Positions 1 through 13,103 of a DNA stretch of 64,000 bases are shown one piece after another (position 1 is the first letter of the stretch; the number at the start of each line of letters is the position of its first letter). The DNA lies in NCBI GenBank assembly GCA_963806225.1, contig CAWDXG010000004.1, positions 1,856,001 to 1,920,000 on the forward strand, written 5' to 3'. The notes beneath the pieces were generated by a model. It searched no databases, was not told the origin of the DNA, and saw nothing but the letters and a program-made list of their open reading frames with translations. Both the position numbers and the translations under genes were made by a program. This DNA comes from an uncultured delta proteobacterium (GTDB lineage: Bacteria; Myxococcota_A; Polyangia; Polyangiales; Polyangiaceae).

Positions 1-480
1 CTCCTCTCGACGGTGCTCGACGCCCAGGGTGATGTGCTGCTCGGCCAGGACGTCGAGCTCGAGACCGACATCACCGACTCGCCCGCGATGGTGCTCGGCA
101 ATCCCGCACGACTGCGCAACGTCCTCGACAACCTGCTCAGGAATGCCGTGGAGTCGATGCACGGGTTGCCGACCCGCCGTCTGGCGATCTCGCTCAAGAG
201 CGCCGGCAACGAGTGGGAGCTGGTGGTTCGTGACACGGGCAGCGGTATCGACGATCCGGTCGCCATCTTCTCGCCGGGCTACACGACCAAGCCGAGCGGG
301 ACCGGCATGGGTCTGCCTCTCACGCTGCACACGGTGCTGCAGCATCACGGTCGCCTGGTCGCGCGACTCGCGGAAACAGGCGGCGGCAGCGAGTTCGTCC
401 TGACGCTGCCGAGCAGTGATGGCCCGGACCTGGAAACGGCCATCCGGCCCTCCGCCGTCACGGAGGAGAAGCGGGCTTGA
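1..480 (+). CDS. Sensor histidine kinase, C-terminal HATPase_c domain (5' end outside window)
   Basis: N box NLLRNAVES, G1 DTGSGI, F box FSPGYTTK, G2 GTGMGL. Confidence 0.85.
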   Translation, partial: LLSTVLDAQGDVLLGQDVELETDITDSPAMVLGNPARLRNVLDNLLRNAVESMHGLPTRRLAISLKSAGNEWELVVRDTGSGIDDPVAIFSPGYTTKPSGTGMGLPLTLHTVLQHHGRLVARLAETGGGSEFVLTLPSSDGPDLETAIRPSAVTEEKRA

Positions 481-501
481 GCTGTGGCAGGTGGGCTGCA
501 G

Positions 502-1803
502 ATGACGGATTCGACCAGCCAGGATTCCGCAACGAACGCAGACGTACTGCTGGCCGCGCTGTCCAAGCTGGCTGGTCCAGCCATCGTCCTCGACCGGGAG
601 CTTCGCGTGCTGGCCCACACGCCCGGCACCGAACGGCTCGTCGGCACGCCCGTGCCCGCTGGCGTCACGGCTCCGAAGCTCTTGTGCGGCATGGGTCCGG
701 AGCGTCCGTTGGCTGAAGCGCTCGCCGCGGGGCGCCCTGTGACGGCGCATGTCGAGCGCGTGAGCCAGGGCGGCGGGACCACGCTGCTCCGCGTACGAGC
801 CACGCCGGTCGAACATCACGGCGAGCGCGCCGGCTGGTTGCTCCTCCTCGAGGGGGACCACGCCGACCACGATACGGTGCTCGACGTGGGCGGAATCGTC
901 ACGCGCGACGCGGCGATGAAGCACCTGCTCGAGAGGGCGGAGCGAGCGGCAGAGAGCGACGCTCCCGTGCTGATCGGAGGCGAGCACGGAACCGGCAAGA
1001 CGCGGCTGGCACGATTCATCCACGAGCATTCGAAGCGGAAGGACAGGCCCTTCCACGCGGTCAACTGTGCCGTGCGACCGGTGGCCTGGCTCGAGGGCGA
1101 GTTGTTCGGCCGGGGTGGCGCCCCCGGCCAGCTCGGCCCGGCGCACGGCGGAACGCTCTTCCTCGACGAGGTGAACGCGCTCCCCGTCGAGCTGCAGGGC
1201 CGGCTCATCCATGTTCTGGAAGTGGGCGAGAGCAAGCTCGACGCGCGCCTCGTCAGCGCATCGCCGCGTCCACTCCGACGGGAGGTCGAGCGCGAACGCT
1301 TCAACGCCGAGCTGATGTATCGCCTGCGCGTGATTCCGCTGTTCATTCCGCCGCTCCGCGATCGGTCCGGCGACATCGAGCTCCTCGCCCGGGACTTCGT
1401 TGCGCAACACAACCAGACTTCGGTGCGGCAGGTCGCGCGCATCTCTCCAGGCGCCGTCACTGCACTCGCATCCTACGTCTGGCCGGGCAATGTCCGCGAG
1501 CTCGACAACGCGATCCGCTACGCATTCGTGATGGGGGACGGCCCGGTCCTGACGGAAGGCGATCTGCCACCGGAGGTCCGCGGAGAAGAGCAGGGGCGCC
1601 CCCTGCCTGCGAACATTCCGCCCGACACCGGCCAGCTACCGAGCGAGGCGCGGCGCATCCTCAGGGCACTCGAACGTGCCGGCGGCAACCGCGAGCGCGC
1701 GGCGGCGAGCCTCGGCATGAGCCGCGTCACGCTCTGGCGCAAGCTCAAGGCGTTCGAGCTGGAAGACACTGTGCGCGCCGGGCGACGGACCCACCGCCAC
1801 TGA
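502..1803 (+). CDS. Fis-family sigma54-activator-like regulator (PAS-like + AAA+ + HTH) lacking the GAFTGA loop
   Basis: Walker A GEHGTGKT, GGTLFLDEV, PPLRDR, WPGNVREL, C-terminal HTH (AAASLGMSRVTLWRKLK). Confidence 0.85.
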   Translation: MTDSTSQDSATNADVLLAALSKLAGPAIVLDRELRVLAHTPGTERLVGTPVPAGVTAPKLLCGMGPERPLAEALAAGRPVTAHVERVSQGGGTTLLRVRATPVEHHGERAGWLLLLEGDHADHDTVLDVGGIVTRDAAMKHLLERAERAAESDAPVLIGGEHGTGKTRLARFIHEHSKRKDRPFHAVNCAVRPVAWLEGELFGRGGAPGQLGPAHGGTLFLDEVNALPVELQGRLIHVLEVGESKLDARLVSASPRPLRREVERERFNAELMYRLRVIPLFIPPLRDRSGDIELLARDFVAQHNQTSVRQVARISPGAVTALASYVWPGNVRELDNAIRYAFVMGDGPVLTEGDLPPEVRGEEQGRPLPANIPPDTGQLPSEARRILRALERAGGNRERAAASLGMSRVTLWRKLKAFELEDTVRAGRRTHRH

Positions 1804-1832
1804 AGCCCGCCGGGTGACACCCGCCTCCGAAG

Positions 1833-3494
1833 GTGTACGCTCCGGATGCAATGCCGGTGGTCGAAAAGCTCGCCGACTGGGTGGTGTCGCTAGCCTACGA
1901 CGATATCCCGCCACGCGTGCTGGAGCGAGCGCGCCACCAGATCGTCAACGTGATGGCCTCGCTCTACGCCGGCACCACGAGCCGCGATGCGCTGAAGGTG
2001 GTGGATGCGGTGCGCGGCTGGAGCGGCCCGGGGCCCTGCACGCTGATCCCGTTGGGCGACCGGTTGCGCCTCTTCGATGCGGTGTACGCGGCTTCGGCGC
2101 TGGGCATGGCGCTCGACTACGACGACTACCTGTACATGGGGCATACCGGACACTCGTCGGTGCTCGCTAGCTGGGCCGTCGGCGAAGCGGAGCGGCGCTC
2201 GACGCGCGAAGTGCTCGTCGCGCAGGTCATCGCCAACGAGATCGGCGGACGGGTCGGCGCCAGCGTGGTGCTCGGTCCGCAGAACGGCCAGGCCTGGAGC
2301 TTCATCCACGCAGCCGGCGCCGCGGCAGCCAGTGCAAAGCTGTATCGACTCGATAGGGCCCAGACCGCGCACGCGCTGTCGATCGCCCTCTACCAACCCA
2401 CGTTCACGCTCTGGCCAGGCTTCATGGGGCCGGGCAGCAAGGTGCTGACGGCGGCCGGTCCCACCGTCACCGGCATCCAGGCCGCAGAGCTTGCCCGCGC
2501 GGGTCTGACCGGCGCGCGTCGCATCTTCGAGCACCCGAAGAAGGGCTTCTGGGCGTCCTTCAGCTACGTGCCCCTTCCGGGCATGATGACCGGGCTCGGC
2601 CACTCCTGGGTGACGGACACGCTCGCCTACAAGAAGTACCCGGGCTGCGCCTACATCGACACGACGATGGACGCGCTGTTCATGGTGTTGCGCGAGTTCG
2701 AGCATTCGCACGGCCGCACGCTCCGCCCTGAAGAAGTGCGCAGCATCGAGGTCGAGGCTAGCCTGCTCAGTGTCGAGATGGACAACCTGTCGGCGGAGCA
2801 CGTCGGCGAGCACGAGCCGCTCTCGCCGGTCAACATCAACTTCTCGATCCCGTTCAACGTGGCCCTCGGCGTGCTCGCCGGGCGCCACACGCCGGCCGAG
2901 CTCACACAGGAGTATCTGGACGAGCACGCCCCGCGCATCCGCGAGCTTTCGTCGAAAGTCCGCCTGGTCCACGACTGGTCGATGAGCCTTGCGGTCGCCG
3001 AGGCGTTTGCCGGCTCTCTGGGAAGGAGCTCGCCGCTGCGGTCGCTCTCGCCGCGCGACCTATGGCGGGTTGCCTTCGGCTACCAGAGCCAGATGGGCGG
3101 CCACCGCAAGCACGCCCTCGGCGCGTCGCGGCTCCTGTCACACATGCCCGCCATCGCGAGACGCACGCGGGCTCTGCTCAAGAGCGGTGGCGATGACGGG
3201 CAGGGTCTCGGCGGAGCGGACCTGTCCCGCTTCCGGATGGCATTCCCGGCCCGCGTCACCCTCGAGACAACGTCACACGAGCGCACCAGCGCGCGCCAGG
3301 ACGTACCCTTCGGCGCGCCCGGGCAGTCGCACTACCTGGAGACGGTGCGCGACAAGTTCCGGCAGGAAGCCGCTCGCCGTCTTGGGCCGGAGGACGTGGA
3401 GCAGGCCCTGACTGCGCTCGCAGAGCTCGAAAACACCGATCTTGATCGTGTTTCGCGGCTGCTGTCGGGTCGACCCGCCGACGCGGCGGGCTGA
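1833..3494 (+). CDS. MmgE/PrpD family protein
   Basis: N-terminal YDDIPPRVLERAR, ALDYDD..GH motif, KKYPGCAY, FSIPF motifs of the PrpD fold. Confidence 0.8.
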   Translation: MYAPDAMPVVEKLADWVVSLAYDDIPPRVLERARHQIVNVMASLYAGTTSRDALKVVDAVRGWSGPGPCTLIPLGDRLRLFDAVYAASALGMALDYDDYLYMGHTGHSSVLASWAVGEAERRSTREVLVAQVIANEIGGRVGASVVLGPQNGQAWSFIHAAGAAAASAKLYRLDRAQTAHALSIALYQPTFTLWPGFMGPGSKVLTAAGPTVTGIQAAELARAGLTGARRIFEHPKKGFWASFSYVPLPGMMTGLGHSWVTDTLAYKKYPGCAYIDTTMDALFMVLREFEHSHGRTLRPEEVRSIEVEASLLSVEMDNLSAEHVGEHEPLSPVNINFSIPFNVALGVLAGRHTPAELTQEYLDEHAPRIRELSSKVRLVHDWSMSLAVAEAFAGSLGRSSPLRSLSPRDLWRVAFGYQSQMGGHRKHALGASRLLSHMPAIARRTRALLKSGGDDGQGLGGADLSRFRMAFPARVTLETTSHERTSARQDVPFGAPGQSHYLETVRDKFRQEAARRLGPEDVEQALTALAELENTDLDRVSRLLSGRPADAAG

Positions 3495-3564
3495 ACCGCT
3501 CGGCGTTCGTCATGTCGTGCGTGGACGGCGTGCCCAGAAGTGGCCATGTTCCCGGGCGGGAGGC

Positions 3565-6267
3565 ATGAAGGAGCTCGAGCGCAGCCTGGGGCTGATGTCG
3601 GTCGTGGCCATCAGCATCAGCGCCATGCTGGGCAGCGGCATCTTCGTGCTGCCGGGGCTCGCCATAAGCCAGACGGGGCCGTCGACGTGGATCGCATACC
3701 TGCTCGCCGGCCTGTGCGCGCTGCCGGCCGCCACCTGCAAGGCGGAGCTGGCCACGGTGATGCCGACCTCCGGCGGCACGTACGTGTATCTGGATCGCAT
3801 CTTCGGGCCACTGGCGGGCACCATCGCCGGCACCACGGTCTGGCTCTCCATGTTGATGAAGAGCGCGTTCGCGCTGCTCGGCTTCGGCACCTATCTCCTG
3901 GTGCTGAGCGACGTGCCGCTCAAGCCGACCGCGCTCGGGCTGCTCGGCCTTATCGCGGTCTTGAACGTGGTCGGCGTGCGCAAGGTGGGCCGGGCACAGG
4001 TCGTCGTAGTGGGGGTGACGCTCGTCGCGCTGGTCGTGCTCGTGACGGCGGGTTTCACGCAGATGGACTTCGGTAGCTACCGCCACGAGCTCACCCACGG
4101 CAGCGGTGGCCTGCTCGCGGCCACCGCTTTCGTCTTCGTCTCCTACAACGGCGTGACCAAGGTCGCTGCCATCGCGGAGGAGGTGAAGAACCCGGATCGC
4201 AACCTGCCGTGGGGGATCCTGCTCTCGCTGGGGCTGATGATGGGCCTGTACGGCCTGGTCGCGTTCGCACTGGTAGGCTGCGTGCCGCACGCGGAGCTCG
4301 CCGGCGACCTGCACCCCATCTACACCCTCGCGCACCGCGTCGGCGGCTACTGGGCGGGGATCATCGCGGCGGTGCTGGGCGTCGTGACGATGACGTCCAT
4401 GGCCAACGCGGGGCTGCTCGCCGCTTCGCGCTTTCCGTTCGCGATGAGCCGCGATCAGCTGCTGCCGTCGATGCTGCACGGGGTCCACCCCGAGTTCCGC
4501 ACGCCGGTTGCGTCGATCCTGTTGACTGCGGGGGCCATGGCCGTCGCGATCGCGTTCCTCGACGTGGAGCGCCTCGCCAAGCTCGCCAGCTCCCTCGTCA
4601 TCATGCTCTTCATCGGCGTCAACACCGCAGTGGTCGTCTACCGCGAGAGCCGCGTGCATTGGTACCAGCCGAAGTACCGCTCGCCGTTCTATCCCTGGTT
4701 CCAGGGTTTCGGCATCCTGGCAGGACTAGTCCTCTTGCTGATGCTTGGACCGCTGGCGATCGTGGGCGGCGCGATGGCCGCGCTGCCGGGCGCCGCGCTT
4801 TATTTCGTGTACGGAAGGCGCCGCGCCGCGCGCCGGGGCGTCGTGGGGCAGCGCAGCCGCCGCCGCGACCTCCTGAAGAACCCGCCCATGCCCGAGCCCG
4901 TGATCGCCGACACCAGCCTGGTTGGCGAAGCAGGTTCGATCGTGACCTTGTTCGGCGAGGAGCGATCACCGGAGATGCTGGTGGAAGTGGGCGCCGCGCT
5001 ATCCGGCGGAGGCAAACTGCAGGTCGTGCACCTGACCGAAGTACCCGAGCAGCTCGGTCTCGACTCGGCCCGCGAGGACGACGGCTCGCTGCGCTCGCTC
5101 GAGCGTCGCGTCGGCGCGATGGCCGACGAGAAGTCGCTCTCGCTGGAGTTCCATGCGATCGCTTCGCGCGATCTGGTCCGCACGGTGCACGCCGTCACCC
5201 AGCGGGTCGAGGCCGAGTGGCTGGTCATGGAGTGGCGCGGCCAGCCGCGTCAAGCGCTGGTCCCGTACAATCCACTCGGCTGGCTCATCAACCAGCTCGA
5301 TCTGAACCTGGCGCTCTTCAAGGACGCGGGCGTGCGCTACGTGCGCGAGATCCTCGTCTTCGCCGAGCCCGGTCCCCATGACGCGCTGGTGATCTCGACG
5401 GCCGACTATCTCGCGGCACTCTGGGGCGCCGAGCTCACGCTGGTCCGCTTCGTCCCCGACAGCGCACCGATGACCACGCTCCAGGCCGAAACGGACTACC
5501 TCGCCCAACTCAAGCAGCTCTGCTCGGCGCCCGCGAAGGAGCTGGTGATCCGCGGGCGGAAGCTCGGCCGCGAGATGGCGCGCACCAGCGCCGGCTACGA
5601 CCTGCTGGTGATGGGCGCTCCGGATCTGACGCTGGTCAAGATGCTGCGCGGCAACCCGCACGCCCGCATCATGAGCACGGCCGCCTGCTCGGTGCTCACG
5701 CTCAAGACGCCGCGCGTGCGCACGCACGAGGCGTTCGAGCGCCCGCCGGAGAGCGTGCACAGCGCCGCCGAGCGCCTGCCGGCCTTTGTCGCGCGCGACG
5801 CCGTCCAGGCCAAGCTCGACGTGTCGAAGAAGGACGCTCTCTTCCAGCATTTCGCGCGCGTCTTCTCCGCGGCGCTCGGCAACGTCACGACCCGGGAGAT
5901 CGTCGATGCACTGTGGGAGCGCGAACGCACGCAGAACACCTCGGTCGGCCACGGCACCGCCCTTCCCCACGCCACACTGGCACAAGCGCGGAGCGCGTAC
6001 GTCGGCGTCTTCACGACGCGGCGCCCCATCGACTACCAGGGCCCCGACGGCGAGCCCGTGGACGTCTTCTTCGTCACGCTCTGCCCTCCCAGCGAGCGAC
6101 AGACGCACCTGCAGCTGCTCAGCGGCATCGCGGCACTTTCGCTCCGGACGGACCTGCTGGAAAAGCTCAGACGAGCCCGGGACACCGACGAGATGCTGAC
6201 CGCAATCGAGCAGTCCGACGAAGAGCTCCGCCAGGGCCGCGCCAGGGTCGAGTTCCGCCGCCGCTAG
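3565..6267 (+). CDS. APC amino acid permease fused to USP-like domains and a PTS EIIA (Ntr/Fru-type) domain
   Basis: About 12 TM helices with MLGSGIF and AEEVKNPDRNLP; USP-like DLLVMG..CSVLT; C-terminal LWERE..TSVGHGTALPHA..HLQLL; GGGAGG RBS before ATG 3565. Confidence 0.85.
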   Translation: MKELERSLGLMSVVAISISAMLGSGIFVLPGLAISQTGPSTWIAYLLAGLCALPAATCKAELATVMPTSGGTYVYLDRIFGPLAGTIAGTTVWLSMLMKSAFALLGFGTYLLVLSDVPLKPTALGLLGLIAVLNVVGVRKVGRAQVVVVGVTLVALVVLVTAGFTQMDFGSYRHELTHGSGGLLAATAFVFVSYNGVTKVAAIAEEVKNPDRNLPWGILLSLGLMMGLYGLVAFALVGCVPHAELAGDLHPIYTLAHRVGGYWAGIIAAVLGVVTMTSMANAGLLAASRFPFAMSRDQLLPSMLHGVHPEFRTPVASILLTAGAMAVAIAFLDVERLAKLASSLVIMLFIGVNTAVVVYRESRVHWYQPKYRSPFYPWFQGFGILAGLVLLLMLGPLAIVGGAMAALPGAALYFVYGRRRAARRGVVGQRSRRRDLLKNPPMPEPVIADTSLVGEAGSIVTLFGEERSPEMLVEVGAALSGGGKLQVVHLTEVPEQLGLDSAREDDGSLRSLERRVGAMADEKSLSLEFHAIASRDLVRTVHAVTQRVEAEWLVMEWRGQPRQALVPYNPLGWLINQLDLNLALFKDAGVRYVREILVFAEPGPHDALVISTADYLAALWGAELTLVRFVPDSAPMTTLQAETDYLAQLKQLCSAPAKELVIRGRKLGREMARTSAGYDLLVMGAPDLTLVKMLRGNPHARIMSTAACSVLTLKTPRVRTHEAFERPPESVHSAAERLPAFVARDAVQAKLDVSKKDALFQHFARVFSAALGNVTTREIVDALWERERTQNTSVGHGTALPHATLAQARSAYVGVFTTRRPIDYQGPDGEPVDVFFVTLCPPSERQTHLQLLSGIAALSLRTDLLEKLRRARDTDEMLTAIEQSDEELRQGRARVEFRRR

Positions 6268-6710
6268 GCGCCGGGGCTCCGGGGCTCCGGGGGCGCTTCA
6301 CGCCGCGCGTCCTCGTCGAGATCACCGTGCACGAGCGCCTTGAGCACGTCCATCGTCGTGACGATGCCCACGAGCTTGCCTTCGGATCCGACCACGAGCA
6401 TGCGGTGGCTGCCGGTCTCGACCATGCGGCGCGCCGTTTCCCTCACGCTGTCGCTGCTGCGCACGGCGAAGACAGCCGGCGTCATCACGTCCTCGACCTT
6501 TGTCGGCGCGCCGCTCTTCTCGCCGGGCTTCATGCGGGCCGGATCGATCAAGTCGGACTTGGAGACCAGACCGAGCACGTGCCCCGCCGCATCCCTGACC
6601 GGCGCGCCTCCGATGCCCTTGACCGTCAGGCCCCAGGCCGCATCGGCAACGTCCGCGTCCGGCGCCAGGGTCATCACGTTGCGCGTCATGATTTCCTCGA
6701 CTCTGCACAT
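6264..6710 (-). CDS. CBS domain protein
   Basis: Two CBS repeats ([32 protein letters not shown]). Confidence 0.85.
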   Translation of the reverse strand: MCRVEEIMTRNVMTLAPDADVADAAWGLTVKGIGGAPVRDAAGHVLGLVSKSDLIDPARMKPGEKSGAPTKVEDVMTPAVFAVRSSDSVRETARRMVETGSHRMLVVGSEGKLVGIVTTMDVLKALVHGDLDEDARREAPPEPRSPGA

Positions 6711-6744
6711 CGTCCGACCCTTTCAGTTCGATGAAACGCAAGGC

Positions 6745-6760
6745 AGCAAGGAGCATGCCG
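6745..6760 (-). promoter_or_regulatory. sigma54 (-24/-12) promoter of the CBS gene
   Basis: Minus strand CGGCATGCTCCTTGCT: GG-N10-GC with TTGC, 35 bp upstream of the ATG. Confidence 0.65.
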
Positions 6761-6789
6761 CCGCCGTTCGCGGTTCCAGCGCCGCAAAC

Positions 6790-6823
6790 GCGCAGACTCT
6801 GCGCGCTCGCGCAGGACCTGCCT
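6790..6823. promoter_or_regulatory. Tandem palindromic enhancer boxes GCGCA-N5-TGCGC
   Basis: GCGCA-GACTC-TGCGC (6790-6804, perfect) and GCGCA-GGACC-TGCCT (6809-6823) just upstream of the sigma54 promoter. Confidence 0.55.
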
Positions 6824-6883
6824 CCGGACTTGCGCCGGACGCCTTGCGAGGGACCTTCGCCTCGGGCACCCTGGCCCCGCCGT

Positions 6884-8656
6884 ATGCCCGTCGGAGAACC
6901 GGATCCCGAAGCCCGCGAAGACACGGTGGATGATCCCGAAAGCGACGTGCGGGCCGTTGCCGAGCAACTCGCAGAAGAGCTGACCGAAGCGGCAACAGAT
7001 CCGGCTCGCGCCGCTCGCCATCGCGCGCGGCTCCAGGGGCTCAGAAACGTCTTCCGACGCAACCCGGAGCTGTTCGATCCCGAGCTGGTGGGCATGCTCC
7101 AGAATATCGCCCGCTCGCTCGCCCCCTCACCCGTTATCCGGCCCGACGCACCCAGCCCTCACGAGGTACTGGTCTCGACGTTCGGCTACCGCGACTTCCG
7201 CCCCCGCCAGCTCGAGATCATCGAGTCGGTGCTGGCCGGGCGCGACTCCGTCGGCATCATGCCCACCGGGGCGGGGAAATCGCTCACCTACCAGATCCCC
7301 GCCCGCATCCTGGGTGGCGTCACGCTCGTCATCTCGCCGCTCATCGCGCTGATGAAGGACCAGGTCGACGCGATGAGCGAGGTCGGCATCCGCGCAACCT
7401 TCCTCAACTCGAGCCTCGGTCCCGAGGAGCGTGCAGAACGCATCGAGCGCCTGCGCGCCGGGGAGTTCGAGCTCGTCTACGCCGCGCCCGAGGGCATCGA
7501 GGCGTCCGTCGGCAATACGCTCTCCCAGCTCGACATCCGGCTCATCGCCGTGGACGAGGCCCACTGTATCAGCCAGTGGGGACACGACTTCCGCCCGGCC
7601 TATCGCAGGCTGGCCGGGCTCAAGCGGCGCTTTCCCGACACGCCCGTGCTCGCCCTGACCGCCACCGCCACGCGCGAGGTCACCTCCGACATCGTCAAGC
7701 AGCTCGGCATGCAGCGGCCGGCGTTGTTCCTCGGCTCGTTCTTCCGGCCGAACCTGCACCTGTACGCGATGCGCAAGGGTGGCGAGGGCAGCGACGGACG
7801 GCGCCGGCCCGCGGTGCGACGCGCAATCCTCGAGCTTACGCAGGCACGCGCCGGCGAGAGCGGCATCATCTACTGTCTGTCGCGCAAGACCGCCGAGTCC
7901 ACCGCCGCCTATCTGCAGGAAAACGGCATCGCCGCGCTCGCCTACCACGCGGGGATGGAGTCCGCCGACCGCACGAGAGTGCAGGACGCCTTCCAGCGCG
8001 ATGACGCCCAGGTCGTCGTCGCGACGATCGCGTTCGGCATGGGCATCGACAAGTCCAACGTGCGCTTCGTGATCCACCGCGACATGCCGCGCTCGATCGA
8101 GGGCTACTACCAGGAAGTCGGGCGCGCCGGACGCGACGGCGTCGACAGCGACTGCGTGCTCTTCTACTCGTGGCAGGAAGTGATGACGTACGACCGCTTC
8201 GCGGACGAAGCGCCGGACGACGCCGCGGCCCGCATGCGGAACCAGGCGCGGGAAATGTTCCGCTTCGCCGAGGCGCGCGGCTGCCGCCACCAGCGCCTGG
8301 TGGCGCACTTCGGCGAGCACATCGAAGCGTGTGGCGCGTCCTGCGACGAATGTCGCGGGCTCGATCTGCTGCAGGAAGCACGAGCAGCGCGCCCGTCGCG
8401 GAAGAAGAGCCGTGGCGCGCGCGAGCTACCGCCCGAAGCCGACGGTCGGCTGTATGAACAGCTGCGCGCACTGCGCCGCCGCCTGGCGGACGAGCGCGGC
8501 GTGCCGGCCTACGTGGTGTTCAGCGACGCGACGTTGCTGGCGATGACGGCCGAGCGCCCCACCAGCGAAGCCGAGCTGCTGTCGATACCCGGCGTGGGCC
8601 CGCGCAAGCTCGAGCGCTACGGCGCCGCGTTCCTCGAGGTGCTAGCGGGCGACTGA
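6884..8656 (+). CDS. recQ: ATP-dependent DNA helicase RecQ family with HRDC domain (start uncertain)
   Basis: [47 protein letters not shown], Zn-binding Cys cluster, HRDC ([11 protein letters not shown]). Confidence 0.9.
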   Translation: MPVGEPDPEAREDTVDDPESDVRAVAEQLAEELTEAATDPARAARHRARLQGLRNVFRRNPELFDPELVGMLQNIARSLAPSPVIRPDAPSPHEVLVSTFGYRDFRPRQLEIIESVLAGRDSVGIMPTGAGKSLTYQIPARILGGVTLVISPLIALMKDQVDAMSEVGIRATFLNSSLGPEERAERIERLRAGEFELVYAAPEGIEASVGNTLSQLDIRLIAVDEAHCISQWGHDFRPAYRRLAGLKRRFPDTPVLALTATATREVTSDIVKQLGMQRPALFLGSFFRPNLHLYAMRKGGEGSDGRRRPAVRRAILELTQARAGESGIIYCLSRKTAESTAAYLQENGIAALAYHAGMESADRTRVQDAFQRDDAQVVVATIAFGMGIDKSNVRFVIHRDMPRSIEGYYQEVGRAGRDGVDSDCVLFYSWQEVMTYDRFADEAPDDAAARMRNQAREMFRFAEARGCRHQRLVAHFGEHIEACGASCDECRGLDLLQEARAARPSRKKSRGARELPPEADGRLYEQLRALRRRLADERGVPAYVVFSDATLLAMTAERPTSEAELLSIPGVGPRKLERYGAAFLEVLAGD

Positions 8657-8683
8657 ATCGCCGGGCGCGCCGTCACCGAACGG

Positions 8684-9002
8684 GTGCTCGACCTGATTCT
8701 CCAGGACTCGCGCTGGGACATGAAGTTTCTCGGCATGCAGATCATGGTCGAGGGGCTGTCGCTGGCGGCCTTCCGCGTCACGCGGCCTGCCGGGCGACGA
8801 ATGCGTGCGGATCGCCTTCAACAACGAAGGGCAGAGGCAGTTCCGGCAACTGCTCTTCTCGCGCATCGTGCCCGCCGTGAAACGCATCGGGCTGCTCTCG
8901 GAGCGCCAGCGCGCACGCTTCGACGAGCTGGGCGTCCTGCAAGTCGAAAGCTGGGAGCCACCGAGCGACGAGGAGCTGGAAGCGGCCACGAAAAGCGCCT
9001 GA
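8684..9002 (+). pseudogene. Remnant of a ferritin-like (diiron, AurF-like) protein gene
   Basis: Two fragments in different frames: ILQDSRWDMKFLGMQIMVEGLSLAAF and FRQLLFSRIVPAVKRIGLL; N-terminus and the DExRH segment are missing. Confidence 0.6.
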
Positions 9003-9052
9003 TGACCGGCCGCGCGCCCCGGCCGGCCGCGTGCTAGCCTAGCGCGGCCGGG

Positions 9053-10996
<1,944 letters not shown>

Positions 10997-11032
10997 ACGG
11001 GACGCGCGCGCGTCGTCCCTGCATGGGTCGGG

Positions 11033-13103
11033 TCAGTTCGCCGGGCAGCCGTCCTCGGCGCCGGGAGAGTTGTCCCCGGGCGGATTGCAGTTGCAGATCC
11101 CGTCGCAGAACCAGTCGATTTCCCCGGTACGGAAGAACTTGTCGGACTGTGCGTAGCTCGGCGTCAGCCTGCGCACGGTGTCGTGCGGATCGTTGCCCGC
11201 GGTGGCCGGCAGGTCGTGCAACGGCTCCTTCGGAAGGCCGAAATCGTACTCGACCATCGCGTTCTGGTCCTTGAGCGGGGTGCTGGCAGCCTCGATGCCA
11301 TAGACCTGACGGACGAGCGGCCTCTGCGGGTCGTTCGACTTCACGTCGACTGCGCCGATGGTGCGCGCCAGGACGCGGGCCGCGTACGTCGTGACCTGGT
11401 GGTCGCCCAGAGCGTCGTGGATGAGGACGTGATGAGACGGCGTGCCGGGCAGCGTGTTGTCCGTGATGTAGGGCGCGTAGCCGTCCGGCTCCGTGCGGTC
11501 CCACCCCATCTGGATCAAACCGAGCATGATCTGCAGATCCAGATTGTTGGAGTAGGCGCCGCCGAGCACAACGCCGTACGCCGGCCAATCCTGGCTGCGG
11601 GCGAGCAGGAGGTTATAGGGCAGGCCCGGTTCACCGAGCAGGCCCCGGGTCACGTCGGTCGAGATCGCCATGTACGTCCCGCCCATGATCCCGCCCTGGC
11701 TGTCGCCGCGGTACGCGCGGATATCCTTGTTGATCCACGCCGGATCAAGCAACACCTTGCCCGATGCGTCCTTGATGCCGTCCTTCGCGACGCGCCCCAT
11801 CATCATGCGCATTGCCAGAAGCTGGTTGATGTGACCCTGCATCTGCCGGTCGAAGAAGCCCGGGAAGTACTCGGGCCGAGCGCCAAGCGCGTTGATGGCG
11901 AGGTTCACATCCGGGCTCGCGAAGCCGTACAGGTCCATCGAGAACGCGATCCAGTGGAAGCGGTTCGCCATCTCGGCCAGGTAGCTGTCCTGGCCCTCGT
12001 GGCCGCTGCCGAACAGCCCGTGACCGTTCTGGAGCAGGCCGTGCGGGCCCGCCGTCAGCACGCTGTTCGGAACGTGGATGTAGACCTCCGAGGTCATTGT
12101 GCCGTTCTGCTTGGGAAGGCCGTCGGCACCCAGCACGAGCTTGCCGATCTTGTCGGGATTGGAGCTGTCGTAGATGCTGCCGTCGGTGAGGAACAGCGGC
12201 ACGGTCATCTCCACCGTGATCCGGCGCAGGATGTTCGGGTCCGGGTTCTCCTCGATCTTCGTAACCTTGAACGTCGGCCCGTCTTGCGCCGACAGCAGCC
12301 AGCGCCTTGTCGCGCATGGCAACCAGCATGCGCGTGTTGTTGGCCCGGCTCGCGGTCGTGTAGTCCCAGGCGATCTGCAGGTCGCCCTTCTTCACGCCCG
12401 CCGCCGCGAGCTTGGCGAAGATGTCCTTGTACAGGTTGCGCCGCTGATAGACGGTGCGGTTATCGCTCGAGGCTCCATCGCGCAACGCCTTGAACGCCGA
12501 CGACGGTGGGATGACCTTCCCGTCCTGGTCCACGACGTGACGGATCGCGACGATGTAGCGGGTCTCGTCGTCGAGCCTGATCGCGGGCCTCAGCATCAAG
12601 GCGCGCTCGTCGTCGTGCTTCGCCGAGTAGTCGAGGTCGACCCAGTGCGGCACCAGCTCGCCGGTCTTGGCGTTCAGGATGATGGTCGGCGAGTCCGCCT
12701 TGACGGTGGTCGCGATGTCGTCGGGGGAGGCCAGGCCGGTGTCCGTCGCTCCCGGCAGATACGTCATCGGAGCCTGGCCCGGAGAAAAGCCATCCATGCC
12801 GTAGAACATCGATGGATCCACCTGGTGCGTGCCCAGCGTCATTGGCAGCGTGGTCGGTCCGAATCGCACCGACTTGCCGGAGGGGTTCTGCCCGGTGGGA
12901 TCGTCCTGGAGGTAGACGTTCGACGGGAACGGGAAACCACAGTGCTCGGGAACGAGCGGGTCGCAATCGGCTCCGGCGAGGAGCGGCCGTGGCCCGTGGT
13001 ACGGCGGGAATGTCTTTTCCTTGCTCGAACTGCAGCCGACAACGAGCAGAAGCAGCCCCAGAAGAGCGCTGACGGCCAGGGAGGTTCGAAGGGTTCGTTG
13101 CAC
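11033..13103 (-). CDS. Secreted lipoprotein, alpha/beta-hydrolase-like with N-terminal Ig-like region; frameshift near 12290
   Basis: Lipobox LVVGC; FPFPSN..DGFSP N-terminal motif; HGLFG, GDSQGG nucleophile elbow, GDHQV, DPH; ORFs 11745-13103 and 11033-12322 join at RDKALAAVG/QDGPTF. Confidence 0.7.
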
